From positions 148,490,001 to 148,554,000 of the forward strand of contig NC_091984.1 of the NCBI RefSeq assembly GCF_044704955.1: a stretch of 64,000 nucleotides of DNA, read 5' to 3'. A program made the position numbers and the translations under genes. The first letter of the stretch is position 1. The number at the start of each line of letters is the position of its first letter. Under the pieces are notes generated by a model, which was given only the letters and a program-made list of their open reading frames with translations, was not told where the DNA came from and made no database searches. The stretch is from Pristiophorus japonicus. Its lineage: Eukaryota. Positions 38,686-52,582 of the stretch are shown here, piece by piece.

Positions 38686-40572
38686 GTCTGGACTGGAGAA
38701 TTTTAACGATGAGGAAAGATTGGATAGACTGGGTTTGTTTTCTTTGGAACAGAGATGGCTGAGGGGAAACCTTATTGAGGTGTATAAAATTATGAGGGGT
38801 CTAGATAGAGTTGGTAGGATGGATTTATTTCTATCAGCCAGAGAGATCAACACCAGGAGGTATAGATTTAAAGTAATTGGGGGGAGGTTTAGAGGGGACT
38901 TGAGAGGAAATTTCTTCACCCAGAGGGTTGTGGGGGTGTGGCCAAGGCCCCAGGGGCAGCACGGGCCAGCCCACACTGCGATATGTGTGCACACGCGGTC
39001 TGTGCAGTAGAGCAGGTCTCCAGTCGTCTTGGGTAATTCTTGCCACTGGACCAAGACCAAGCTCTATCAGGCCCGTGTGGTGACCATACGTTAAACAAAT
39101 CCATGCACAGGCATCTTCCACCCTTCAGGATGTAGTTCGGGATCTGGAATATCAGGTCCTTTATTAGTAGAGGCAGAAACCCTCACCATACTTAAAAAGT
39201 ACTTTGATGTGCACTTGAAGTTCCGTAACCTGCAGAGTTATGGACCCAGAGCTGGAAAGTGGGATTAGGCTGGATAGCTCTTTGTTGGGCGGCGCAGACA
39301 TGATGGCCTGAAATGGCCTCCTTCTGTGCTGTAAACCTCTGTGATTCTATAATTCTATGACATATCTGCCAGACTGGGCCCAGAGCAGGTGGGGAGAGAA
39401 CCAACACGAGGGAAAAACCTACTTAACCTCGTCCTCATCAATCTACCTGTTGTGGATAGAATCATCGAAATTTACAGCCATTTCAGCCCATCGTGTCCAC
39501 GCCGACCAAGAGCTAGCCAGTCTCATCCCACTTTCCAGCTCTTCATCCCTAGCCCTGTAACCTTTGCATCCTCTGCACCCTTTCCAGTGCAATCACATCT
39601 TTCCTGTAATGTGGTGACCAGAACTGCATGCAGTACTCTAGCTGTGGCCTAACCAGTGTTTCATACAGTTAGAGCATAACATCCTTGCTCTTGTATTCCA
39701 TGCCTCGACTAATAAAGGTAAGTATCCCATATGCCTTCTTAACCATCTTATCTACCTGGCCTGCTACCATTAGGGATCTGTGGACCTGCACTCCAAGGTC
39801 CCTTTGTTTCTCTGCACTTTACAGTGTCGTACCATTTAATGTGTATTCCCTTGCCTTGTTAGCCCTCCCCAAATGTATTACCTCACACTTATCTGGATTA
39901 GATTCCATTTGTCACTGTTCTGCCCACCAGACCAGTACATTGATAACTTCCTGCAGTCCGCAACTTTCTTCTTCATTATCAACCACATAGCCAATTTTAG
40001 TTTCATCTGCAAACTTCTTAATCATACCCCCAACATTCAAGTCCAGTTCATTGATATATACCACAATAAACAAGGGACCCAGCACTGAGCCCTGCGGAAC
40101 CCCACTGGATACAGCCTTCCATTCACAAAAACACCCATCAACTATTACCCTTTGTTTCCTTCCTCTGAGCCAATTTTGGATCCAACTTGCCACTTTGCCC
40201 TGGATCCCAGGGGTTTTACTTTCATGATCAGTCTGCGATGTGGGACCTTATCAAAAGCTTTGCTAAAATACATATACACAACATTATACGCACTGCCCTC
40301 ATCGATCCTCCTGGTTACCTCCTCAAAAAATTCAATCAAGTTAGTCAAACACGACTTTCCCTTAACAAATCCTTGCTGACTGTCCTTGATTAATCCATGT
40401 CTTTCCAAATGAAGATTTATCCCTCAGGATTTTTTCCAATAATTTTCCCACCACTGAGGTTAGGCTGACTGACCTGTAATTACTCGGTCTATCCCTTTCT
40501 CCCTTTTTAAACAAAGGTACAACATTAGCAGTCCTCCAGTCCTCCGGCACCACACCTGTAGCCAGAGAGGCT
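38686..40572. mobile_element. CR1 fragments (+ strand 3' end to about 39357; minus-strand RT about 39460-40572)
   Basis: CR1 RT motifs in the ORF track. Confidence 0.85.
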
Positions 40573-40574
40573 CT

Positions 40575-42275
40575 GCACGCTTTTGGGTTCGGGACGCATT
40601 TCGCCGCCCGGATCTGACTTTTGTAAGTTGCCGCGGATTGTCTGATTAAGGTCTTTGACAGCACCCCTTCGCTTTGGGAGAGAGGTGCGCCAGGGATGCC
40701 CCATCTCCGGCCAGTTATATGCCATATGCCTGGAGCCTGTCCTGCGCCACTTGTGGAAGAGGTTAATGGGATTGGCTCTGCAAGGATCGGGCGTGGTGGC
40801 CGTCCTCTCGGCTTATTGACCCCATTGACCTGTGGAGGATGCGTGAGTGCCACGAGATTTATTCGGCCACATCCTCCGCCAGGATCAACTGGGAGAAATG
40901 TTCTGGACTCCTGGTGGGTCAGTGGTGGGTGGACTCCCTGCCGAAGGAGCTCAGGCCTTTTGCCTGGAGAACAACCCATCTCCTCTATCTGGGAGTCTAC
41001 CGTAGCCCTGATGAGGAAGCCTGGCCGGTGAACTGGCAAGAACTGGAGGCCCAAGTCACAGCTCGCCTAGTGCATTGGACAGGAATGCTCTGAGTGCTGT
41101 CCTACAGTAGTCGAGCGCTAGTCATAAACCAGCTGGTGGCCGCTATGCTGTGGTACCGGTTGGTCACTTTGGCAAGATACAGAAGAAGCTGCTGAACTTC
41201 TTCTGGAACAACAGGAAGCACTGGCTCTCTGCTGTGGTTCTGAATCTCCTGCTTAGCGAGGGCGGTCAGGCGTCGGTGTGCGTTAGTACTCAGCATGCGA
41301 CTTTCCGTCTTCAGATCGTGCAGAGATACCTGTACGTTGAGCCCCCTCCTAGGTGGTGTGCGCTGGCGACGTATTTCTTCCGCCAGCAGTATGACACGCA
41401 GTTCCTGTTTGTGAGCCTGGGAGGCGTCAGGACCACCATGCGGGGGCTGCCCCATCTTTTACCAGGTACTCATCAGGGTCTGGAACAGAGTCGCCACCAA
41501 GCATAGTTCTTCCCCATCTGGAGTGGCGGCTGTCCTTCGGGAGCCACGGTTCAGGAATCCATACATCAATGACCGCGGTTTTAGGTGGCAGGCAGACGAG
41601 AGGGATGTAGCTGGCGAGGTGACCAGGGTCAGGGACCGGCTTTATGGTGGAGGAGCGGGCTGGATGGCGCCAGAGGAGCTGGCACGGCGCCTATCCTGGG
41701 CCGACGTCCAGCGCGTGGCCAATGCCATCGCATCGGTAAAAACAGCATTGGGCTCTGACTCCGTTAGGTGTGTCGAGGAAACTCAAGCAGGTGGGGCGAT
41801 CCCGTCCGAACTGACCCCCAATACCTCGCTTGGGAGCTGGCGCCTCACAACTTGAGCCTCCTCCAGGAAATCTCCTCCATGCCTTTGAGTTCTGCGTGGA
41901 GGGGCTTCCTGTACGGGCTGCTCCTGCACACTATCCACCTTGCCATCCTCGTCTGCCATCTGGACATGCAATGGTGCACCATCTTGCTGTCTGGAGGAGG
42001 CGGGGGTCCCCAGTGGAGTGCACTCTACGTGGGAGTCATCCCTCTATATATTGGGGACTTGGCCTGGAGGGTGGTGCACGGAGCAGTCCCGTGCAATAAA
42101 TTTTTAAGTCAGTTCACAGTCTCCTAGGCCTCCTGTAATTTCTGCGGTCTAGATGAGTCCGTATTCCATGGTTGTATAGAGTGTGCGAGGTTGCAGGCCC
42201 TATTCCATTATTGAAGGGGCTGCTCCTCAAATTCTGGTTGCACTTCAGTCCCACACTCCTGATCTTTGGGCACCC
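40575..42275 (+). mobile_element. Tx1/L1-clade LINE ORF2 fragment
   Basis: SSARINWEKCSGL, LYLGVY, EGGQ..VC, DLAWRVVHGAVPCNKFL and a C-terminal CxxC zinc knuckle. Confidence 0.8.
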
Positions 42276-42277
42276 TG

Positions 42278-45200
42278 CTCCCCTCTTTGGCCATAATAGT
42301 GCCGGGAAGCCACTTGGGACCTTGTCCACAATTCAACACAAATACAGGATTGTTGATTTAAATTTTGCGTGACACATTTGCGCTATCATGGTATGCACTT
42401 TGTTGAAGCTGCCTGCTCTCTACCTGTTCATGGAGATCAGGGTGAACTAACGAGAGCCTTGTCTTAAGTGCCTTTTTCATGAGCAGTTCAGCAGTGAGCA
42501 AGTGGGGTCTCGTGCGGTAGCGAGTCTGCAGTGAGCCTTCAGTTACCCTCTTCAATCCCTGCTTCATAGTTTGCACTGCTCTCTCTGCCTGACCATTGGA
42601 TGCTGGTTTGAATGGGGCAGATGTAACATATTTGATCCCATTACAGGTCATGAACACTTTGAACTCAGCACTGGTGAAATATGGCCCATTGTCGCTCACA
42701 AGGACATCAGGCAGTCTGTGTATGGCAAATATGGCCCGCAGGCTTTCTGTGGTGGCAGCGGATATGCTTGCCGACATTATTTCACATTCAATCCATTTGG
42801 AGTACGCATCTACAACCACAAGGAACATTTTACCCAAAAACGGGCCTGCATAGTCGACATGGACGATGGACAGCGGTTTGGAGGGCCAAGATCATAAACT
42901 TAGTGGCGCCTCCCTGGGTGCATTGCTTAACTGCGAGCATGTGTTACATTTGTGCATGTGGGACTCTAAGTCCGCATCGATACTGGGCCACCACACATGG
43001 GATCTGGCTATCGCTTTCATCATTATGATGCCTGGGTGACTACCGTGGAGGTCACGGATAAAAGTGTCCCTGCCCTTCTTTGGGACCACTACCCGATTAC
43101 CCCAGAGAAGGCAATCTGCCTGTATAGACATTTCATCTTTGTGCCGCTGGTATGGCTTTATTTCTTCCTGCATTTCCACTGGGACACTGGACCAGCTCCC
43201 GTGAAGCACACATTTTTTACTAGGGACAGTAAGGGGTCCTGGCTCATCCAGGTTCTAATCTGTCGGGCTGTGACGGATGATTGTTCACTCCCGAATGCTT
43301 CCATAACCATGACTAAATCTGCATGCTATGCCATTTCCACCCTCATGGTGGACAATGGCAGCCTACTGAGAGCATCGGCACAGTTTTCTGTGCCTGGCCT
43401 GTGGCGGATGGCGTAGTTGTATGCGGACAACGTGAGCGCCCATCTCTGGATGCGGGCCCATGCATTCGTATTTATCCCCTTACTTTTGGAAAAATGGGAT
43501 ATCAGCGGCTTACGGTCAGTTCCCAATTCAAATTTGAGCCCAAACAGATATTGATGCATTTTCTTTACCGCATAAACACACGCTAATGCTTCTTTTTCAA
43601 TCATGCTCGAGGCTCTCAGTCTTACACAGACTTCTGGATGCATAAGCAACCAGTTGCAATTTCCCAGATGCATTAGCTTGTTGCAATACACACCCGATGC
43701 CGTACAACGACGCATCACATGCTAGTACCAAACGCTTACATGGATCATACAACACAAGCAATTTGTTTGAGCATAACCATTTTCTAGCTTTTACAAAGGC
43801 ATTTTCTTGGCTTTTTCCCCATATCCAGTCATCTCCTTTACACAGTAAAGCATGCGGTGGTTCTAAAAGTGTGCTGAGACCCGGTAAGAAGTTACCAAAG
43901 TAGTTCAGGAGTCCTAGGAATGACCGCAGCTCCGTCACGTTCTGTGGTCTCGGTGCGTTCTCGATTGCCTCCGTCTTTGAATCGGTGGCCCTGATGCCAG
44001 CCGCCACGATTCTTCTCCCCAGTAACTCCACTTCAGGCGCCAGGAAAACGCACTTCGAGCATTTTAACCTGAGCCCCAAGTGATTGCGTCGACTAAGAAC
44101 CTCCTCCAGGTTCTGCAGATGCTCGACTGTGTCCCAACCTGTAACTAAGATGTCGTCCTAGAAGACCACTGTGCGTGGGACCAACTTCAGTAAGCTTTCC
44201 ATGTTTCTCTGGAATATCACCGTGGCTGATCGAATTCCAAACAGGCATCTGTTATAAATGAAGAGACCTTTGTGCGTGTTGATGCAGGTGAGGCCCTTCG
44301 ATGATTCCTCCAGCTCCTGCGTCATGTAGGCTGAAATCAAATCTAGGTTCGAGAACGTCTTTCCTCCCGCCAGTGTAGCAAAAAGGTCATCAGCCTTTGG
44401 TATGGATATTGTTCCTGCAGGGAGAAACGATTGATAGCTACTTTGTAATCACCACAGATTCTGAGGGTGCCGTCTCCCTTGAGGACTGGAAAAATCGGAC
44501 TGGCCCACTCGTTGAATTCGATTGCCGAAATGATGCACTCTCGTCGCAGCCAGTCTAGCTCGATCTCTACCCTTTCTCTCAGCAGAGACGGTACCGCTCT
44601 CGCCTTGTGATGGATGGGTCGCGCCCCCGGAATTAGGTGGATCTGCACTTTTGCTCCTTGGAACTTCCCGATGCCTGGTTCGAACAGCGAAGGGAACTTG
44701 TTTAAGACCTGGGCAGACGAAGTGTCATCAGCGGACGAGAGCGCTCGGACGTTGTCCCAGTTCCAGTGTATCTTTCCCTGCCAGCTCCTCTGAGCAGCTT
44801 GGGACCATCGCCCGGTACCACCCAAAGTGTAGCTTGTGCACCGCTCAATCGTAGGAGACCTTTACAATAGCACTGCCGATTACGGGAATCAGTTCTTTTG
44901 TGTAAGTTCTCAGTTTAGTACGAATGGGAGTCAGGACTTGAAGCCTTGTTGCACCACAATTTATCAAAAGTCTTCTTACTCATTATGGACTGGCTTGTGC
45001 CAGTGTCCAGCTCCATTGACACTCGGAGTCCATTTAATTCAACCTTCAGCATTATCAGGGGACACTTTGTTGTAAATGTGTGCACCCCATATACCTCTGC
45101 CTCCTCGGCCTGAGGCTCTGGTTCATCGTGATCTGCCGTGCATCTGTCCTCCTCTGCAGCATGGTGGCTTGCAGGACTAGCAGAGTTTGCAGCTCGCCTG

Positions 45201-46205
45201 CACATACATTGGAAGTGTCCCACAGCCCTTGCAAACGTACCCTTTGAAGCAGCATGAATGGAAATGATGATCACCCCCACAGCGCCAACAAAGATGTTAC
45301 TGGCCCTGCATTCATCAATCTTGATAGTGGACTCTGAGACATCTACGGATGTGCAACTTCAGGCATGTGGGGCCTGCCCTGTATGTTGCGATTTGAAAAC
45401 AACATCACTTTGTTCACAGTACCCGTGTGCTGAGAGATTTGCAGGGTATTGTCATTGGTGGCCATGAACGCCTGGGCTATCGCTACGGCTTTACTCAAGG
45501 TTGGGGTCACTACAGTCAAAAGTTTGCGAAGTATCACTTCATGGCCAATGCCAAGTACGAAAAAGTCTCTGAGCATGTGCTCCAAATGTCCTTCAAATTC
45601 GCAATGTCCTGCAAGGCATCTTAGCTCGGCAACATAACTCGCCATTTCCTGGCCTTCAGACCTTTTGTATGTGTAGAACCGGTACCTCGCCATCAGAACG
45701 CTTTCCTTCCCGTTCAGATGCTCCCGGACCAGTGTGCACAAATCATCACATGATTTCTCTGTGGGTTTCGCTGGAGGAAGCAGATTTTTCATGAGGTCAT
45801 ACGTTGGTGCCCCGCAGATGGTGAGGAGAATCACCCTTCGTTTGGCAGCATTTGCTTCTCCTTCCAGCTCGTTGGCCAGGATGTATTGGTCGAGTCACTC
45901 CACAAAGGTTTCTCAATCATTTCCCTTCGAGAATTTCTCCAGGATGCCCACTGTTCTCTGCATTGTTGGGTTCATCATCTGTATCTCGTCGCCAGTTGTT
46001 ATGTATCAATAATGAGTCTGACTGGATCCTGTGAGCTCAAAGTAAAGTGTGACCTTAGTCTTTTATTGCAGGTCTCCATAGTGCCTCTCCGGCCTGTGAG
46101 GCCACCTTAAGTATCTGTGCTCCAAGGAATTGTGGAATCCCTTGGGACTCCAGGGGATGAGCTCTCTGGCGGCTATAAAAAGTATATAAAAGTTTATATA
46201 TAATA
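42278..46205 (-). mobile_element. Gypsy element (same group as 31049), 5'LTR about 45997-46205, 3'-truncated with no 3'LTR
   Basis: PBS TGGCGACGAG at 45985-45994. Gag, PR (LDTG), RT, RNaseH and IN fragments. Confidence 0.9.
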
Positions 46206-46299
46206 AAAAAACCAAGGGGGCACTTGAAAATTTTTTGAAGTGTGCCCCCCTCTTCCTTAATCAGGGGGCATTTGTTTAATGTTCACAACTAAAATAGTT

Positions 46300-49200
46300 C
46301 TGTGAGGCTGGCACCAGTTAAATCTGGCCTGCACCTCTTAATGGACAGGTGAAATGTGTCTGGAGCAGTTGCTGGAAGTGGCTGTGGAAGACATTTTGAC
46401 CTGGACCAAGACGTACTGATGACACAACAGGGGAGAGAGCCGGCTCCAAGATCCTCCAGCACTGCACTGGAGGCCTTGGGGGAGTAGGTGCAGAGGGGGA
46501 GAAATGTTCTCTATCCACATGGGGTGAGGAGGCTCCACCAGACAAACGTTTCAAAGGCAGTGAGACCAGGACCCGAGCACCGGGATGCTGTGCCGTCAAA
46601 CATTCAATGACCTCACGAGTGTGGTCAAGGTCGGTGAATTCATCTTCAAATGCCATGTCCCACCAACTGCTCCACTAGTCTCACACACTACTCAATGCAC
46701 CACACCCCCATCACCTACCTACCAACCATCTCTAGCAATCAGGACTCATTACACAAGAACATAAGGGATAGGAGCAGGAATGGAACATACAGTCCCTCGA
46801 GCTGGTCCACCATTCAATAAGGTCATGGCTGATTTGATCTTGGCCTCAACTCCACTTCGCCGCCCGCTCCCTATAACCCGTGACTCTCCTGTAGTTCAAG
46901 AATCTGTCTATCTCAGCCTTGTTTATATTCAATGACCCAGCCTCCACAGCTCTCTGGGGTAGAGAATTCCAAAGATTCACGACCTACTGAGAGAAGAAAT
47001 TCCTCCTCATCTCCGTCTTAAATGGACGACCCCTTATTCTAAATCTATGCCCCCTAGTTCCAGATTTCCCCACGAGGGGAAACATCCACATTCACAGCTT
47101 CACCTCACCCTCACACACTTAGATTCTGCTGCAAGCCTCACGCCCACATCTCACAGCTTGCACACACTGCCAGCTCTTCAACCATGACAGGCACATCACA
47201 CAAACACATGGCACCACACTCACCGATACACTTCCCTCTCTTGCAGAGCAAGGTGGCCCAGAACCCGAGGCAGCAGGAGCTCAGTGGCGGGGGGCAGGCG
47301 CGTCCGGATGTCCTTATCCCCGTGGAGCAGACGGTGCTCGCCATCATTGGCGTGCCCATCGGTGAGCCAGTGGCGGGGCAGAACCACAGAAGATGATGGT
47401 ATGGCCTACCTAATCCTCCTTCTCATATCCCATGTCCCCCTCAGCCCACAATCCCTTCTGATTTACAAGCTGCAGATGGTGTAAAGCATGCCCCTCTTAC
47501 ATCGACCCCCCCCCGCAACCACCCTCCTGGCACTGCAACCCTCCCCTTGTACCTTTCTCCTTTCACATACCCAGGAACTGCCACTTGGCCAGGCAGTGTT
47601 GGAAGAGCAAGAGGTGGAAAAGACAGAAGACATGATGGTGAAGACACACCGTCACTCCATTTCACACTCGCAGCCACCAGCTCAGATACTGACACTGCGT
47701 GTATGTAGAGGGTAGTGTAGAGGTGGGATCGGCACATGGTGAGACACCAGGCACAAGGGGCATGCAGCCAGGGCAGGGGGCAAGGATGGCGCAGGTTCCA
47801 GCTCGCCGGAGGGTGAGGTCACACACGGGTTCTGGTGTAGAGGACTCAGATGAGGATTTCGATGGGTGGGCTACAGAAGAAGGCTGATGGGTATGTACAA
47901 TGAAATGCTTGGTGCATTGGGAAGCCTGTCAGAAAGCCTGCGCTCAATGTCAAGGAGCACGGAGGAGTCAGGCACCAGCTTGGCACAGGGCTTTGTGCAG
48001 AGCTTGGAGCCCATCTTTTCCAGCATGGAATGGTGGCCCACTCCATTAGGGTTCTTGTGGACCCGGCCATGATGCAGCGTCTGATGGTCGATGTCTCGGC
48101 TTCCATTGTAGCACAAGCAGCAGCCACCCAACGCCATGCAAGCTCAGACTGCTGCCATCATGGCTGCAGATTCCAGTGTTCAAAGGGGCTTGCAGGGTGT
48201 CACAGCAGTCCAGCAATCTGCCCTCCAGCAATGATGCCCCACCTTCCCCCTGGGAGTGGCAGTGGCTCCGTGGAGCACAAACCTACTGCCCTCTCTCAGA
48301 ATGACAGCATTCCTTCAGACACCACTGCCACTCTGCCAGTGTCGATGCTGTTGCCTGTCAGCTAGCCAGCCCACACTGCTGCCGCCAAGGCCGAGGTGGT
48401 ACAGTCCGCAGCCTGGCCTTCCAGGACCAGAGCTGCTCGAGGTCGCCCTCCAAGGCCATCTCCAGTCTCCCCAACTGAAAGTCAGCAGCCTTCCAGCAGC
48501 CCTGCTGCAGCCCCTGGGGTAGCACTGCGTGACATCAGTGCGATAGGCAAAGACACACACAAGTCAGTGACTAATGGCGATCAATTGATTTTTTGATGTA
48601 GTGTTGGATGCAGATATGGATAAAGTTGGATTGGAAAGTTTGCTTTGTGGGGGGCTTTTATTTCAGCATTGTGGCCAAGAGGACGCTGTGATGGTCAGTA
48701 ACAGAGGGATGGTAAGGTGTGTGACTAATGTTGAAAGGGGATTGGGGATGTCGTCACTCGGACCGCAGGCGGATGATTCGATTCCGGATATCCCGGCCAG
48801 AAAGCGACTGTCTGGGTTGCCTCCTTCCTTCCATTTCCTCCTCCTCCCTTTGCGAGCAAAAGCTGGAAATCTGAAATAAAGGCAATAAATGTAGGAAATA
48901 CTCAGCAGGTCAGGCAGCATCTTGAGCTGAAATGTTAACTCTGTCTCTCTCCATGGATGCTGCCTGACCTACTGAGTATTTCCAGCATTCCCAGTCTTTC
49001 CAGGGACCTTCCTTTACCACCAGAAGCCTTGCAAGTGTCCAGCAGCACCCCTTGCATTCCCTGCACACTGAAAAAACATTGAGCATTTATTGCACCAAGC
49101 CATTACTTCCACAAAATATATTGTTTGAAACAGTCCCGAGCTTAAATGCAAACATACCTGAAAGATGTATGGCCCATTAAGAAGCACCAACAGCGTCTGT

Positions 49201-49468
49201 GCAGGGCTGCTTCACGCCTGCTTTTCTGTGCGTACTTAGGGCAGGACGATATGGTGAGCGCAAACGCCCCAATTAGCCATCGTGGCTCGAGTCAGGCATT
49301 GGTGTCACCATCTGACAATTCATATTTTGAGGCGTGTGCTGCCAATGACAGCGGTAAGGCCCTTACCAAAATGATGGATGACGTGTCCCGGGCTGCAAGC
49401 AAGGCGGCCATGATTATTTCAACAAAACCCTCTCAATGGCTGGTGCTACACCCTGGAAATTCTAGGCC
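46300..49468. mobile_element. PIF/Harbinger DNA transposon relic: intron-containing Myb/SANT-like gene (+) and transposase C-terminus (-, about 48755-48850)
   Basis: TGMLCRQTFNDLTSVVK|gt at about 46580-46630. ag|SKVAQNPRQQELSGGG...EQTVLAIIG at 47247. Minus strand GRDIRNRIIRLRSE*. A CR1 piece sits in the intron (46755-47090). Confidence 0.6.
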
Positions 49469-49469
49469 A

Positions 49470-51610
49470 AAGAATCATAAGAACAAAAGAAATAGGAGCA
49501 GGACTCGGCCATTTGGCCCCTCGAGCCTGCTCCGCCATTCAATAAAATCATGGCTGATCTGATCCTGAGCTCAGCTCCACTTCCCTATCCGCTGCCCATA
49601 ACCCTTTACTGCCTTATCGTTCAAAAATCTGTCTATCTCCACCTTAAATACATTCAATGACCAGCCTCCACAGCTCTCTTGGGCAGAGAATTCCACAGAT
49701 TTACAACCCTCTGAGAGAAGAAATTCCTCCTCATCTCAATTCTAAATGGGCGACCCCTTATTCTTTAACTGTGCCCCCTAGTTCTTCATTCCCCTATGAC
49801 TGGAAACATCCTCTCTGCATCTGCCTTGTCGAGCCCCCTCAGAATCTTATATGTTTCAACAAGTTCATCTCTCATTCTTCTAAACTCCAAAGAGTATACG
49901 TGGAGTGGGCGTGGAAGTGGAGCTGAGTCCATGATCAGATCAGCCATGACCTTATTGAATGGTGGAGGGGCCGTATGGCCTACTCCTGTTCCTATTTCTT
50001 ATGTTCTGATTAACCTGCTCAACCTTTATTCATAAGTCAGCCCCTTCATCTCAGGCAGGAATCAACCTCGTGAACCTTATCTGAACTGCCTCCAGTGCAT
50101 ATAAATCTCTCCTTATAATAAGGAGACCAAAACTGTACACAATACTCTCGGTGTGGTCTCACCAATACCTTGTACAGATGTAGCAGAACTTCCCTGCTTT
50201 TATACTCTATCCCCCTTGCAATTAAGGCCAACATTCCATTTGCCTTCCTGAGTATTTGCTGTACCTGCATACTAACTTTTTGTGTTTCATGCGCAAGGAA
50301 CCCCAGGTCCTGCTGTACTACAGCATTTTGTAATCTCTCTTCATTTAAATAATAATTTGCTCTTCGATTTTTTACACTCGGTCCCTTCATCCAAGTTATT
50401 ACCATAAATTGTAAATAGTTGAGGCCCCAACACCGATCCCTGTGAAACCCCACTAGTTACCGTTTGCTGACTCCCCGTTTTCTGTTAGTTAGCCAATCCT
50501 CTATCCATGCTAATATATTAGCACCAACCCCGTGTTCTCTTATTCCCACAGTGCTGTTATAGAGGGAGTTCCAGGGTTTTGCTCCTGTGATGATGAAGGA
50601 ACGGACTATATTTTTCCAAGTCAGGATGGTGTGTGACTTGGAGGAGAACTTACAGGTGATGGTGTTCCCATGCACCTGCTGCCCTTGTCCTTCTAAGTGG
50701 TAGAGGTCGTGGGTTTGGGAGGTGCTGCCGAAGAAGCCTTGGTGAGTTACTGCAGTGCATCTTGTACATAGTACACACTGCAGCCACGGTGCGCCGGTGG
50801 TGGAGGGAGTGAGTGTTGAAGGTGGTGGATCAAGCGGGCTCCTTTTTCCTGGATGGTGTCGAGCTTCTTGAGAATTGTTGGAGCTGCCCTCATCCAGGCA
50901 AGTGGAGAGGTTCCATCAAACTCCTGACTTGTGCTTTGTAGATGGTGGAAAGGCTTTGGGGAGTCAGGAGGTGAGACACTCGCCACAGAATACCCAGCCT
51001 CTGACCTGCTCTTGTAGCCACAGTATTTATGTGGCTGGTCCAGTTAAGTTTCTGGTCAATGGTGACCCCCAGGATGTTGATGGTGGGAGGTTTGGCGATG
51101 GTAATGCCGTTGAATGTCAAGGGGCAGTGGTTAGATTCTCTCTTGTTGGGAGAATGGTCATTGCCTGACACTTGTGTGGCATGAATGTTACTTGCCACTT
51201 ATTAACCCAAGCCTGAATGTCTTCCAGGTCTTGCTGCATGCGGGCACAGATTGCTTCATTATCTGAGGAGGATTAATGAAGGAAAGCCAACACAGATTTA
51301 TTAAAGGCAAATTGTGTTTAACTAAATTGATTGAGTTTTTTGATGAGGTAACAGAGAGGGTTGATGAGGATAATGCAGTTGACGTATTCCAAAAGGCGTT
51401 TGATAAAGTGCCATATAATAGGCTTGCCAGCAAAGTTGAAGCCCATGGAATGGGGAATGGAAGCATAGTGGTAATGTTACTGGGCTAATAATTCAGAAAA
51501 GTAAACCAATAATCCTACAGACATGAGTTCAAATCCCATCACAGCAGCTGGGAAATATATGTTCAATTAAATAAATCTGGAATAAAAAAGCTTGTGTTAA
51601 TAATGGTGAT
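49470..51610. mobile_element. Nested CR1/L2-group LINE fragments and a SINE piece
   Basis: RT motifs ILGVTIDQKLNW, LYKVLVRPH and SQHRFIKGK. Confidence 0.8.
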
Positions 51611-51867
51611 CATGTGGTTAACACTTAATGGCCCAGTGAGTCACTGTAAGATGTGTGGATTTACCCCTCACACCGTCCAACAGTTTATAGAGTTCGGACC
51701 TGTGGAACAGACAGCTCAAGACAAAAATTTCTGGAATAAGTTCTCTTTACTTAAAATCACCAAGAGGTTACAAGTAAGTCTCTAATAGTACTGTTACACT
51801 CAGTAATCCCGGATTATAAACAAGCCTCTAATAATAATTTTGAAGCTCTTTTTATACTACAAAACTA

Positions 51868-52582
51868 GGAGTAATGGGCAGTCCCTCAGTGTGTCCGTGT
51901 CGCATTCGATGGGAGTAATGGGCAGTCATTCAGTGTGTCCGTGTCCCATTCGATGGGAGTAATGGGCAGTCCCTCATTGTGTCCATGTCCCATTCGATGG
52001 GAGTAATGGGCAGTCTCTCAGTGTGTCCATGTCCCATTCGATGGGAGTAATGGGCAGTCTCTCAGTGTGTCCGTGTCCCATTCGATGGGAGTAATGGGCA
52101 GTCCCTCAGTGTGTCCATGTCCCATTCGATGGGAGTAATGGGCAGTCCCTCAGTGTGGCTGTGTCTCATTCAATGGGAGTAATGGGCAGTCCCTTAGTGT
52201 GTCCATGTCCCATTCAATGGGAGTAATGGGCAGTCCCTCAGTGTGGCTGTGTCTCATTCAATGGGAGTAATGGGCAGTCCCTTAGTGTGTCCATGTCCCA
52301 TTCAATGGGAGTAATGGGCAGTCCCTCAGTGTGGCTGTGTCTCATTCAATGGGAGTAATGGGCAGTCCCTCAGTGTGTCCGTGTCCCATTCGATGGGAGT
52401 AATGGGCAGTCCCTCAGTGTGTCCGTGTCCCATTCGATGGGAGTAATGGGCAGTCCCTCAGTGTGTCCGTGTCCCATTCGATGGGAGTAATGGGCAGTCC
52501 CTCAGTGTGTCCGTGTCCCATTCGATGGGAGTAATGGGCAGTCCCTCAGCGTGTCCATGTCCCATTCGATGGGAGGAATGGC
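51868..52582. repeat. 44-bp minisatellite (GGGAGTAATGGGCAGTCCCTCAGTGTGTCCGTGTCCCATTCGAT), about 16 copies
   Basis: Period 44 (e.g. 51911 and 51955). No unique spacers. Confidence 0.97.

Noticed and set aside
51868-52582. CRISPR-like array
   Set aside because: The units are contiguous with no unique spacers, there are no cas genes, and the DNA is vertebrate.
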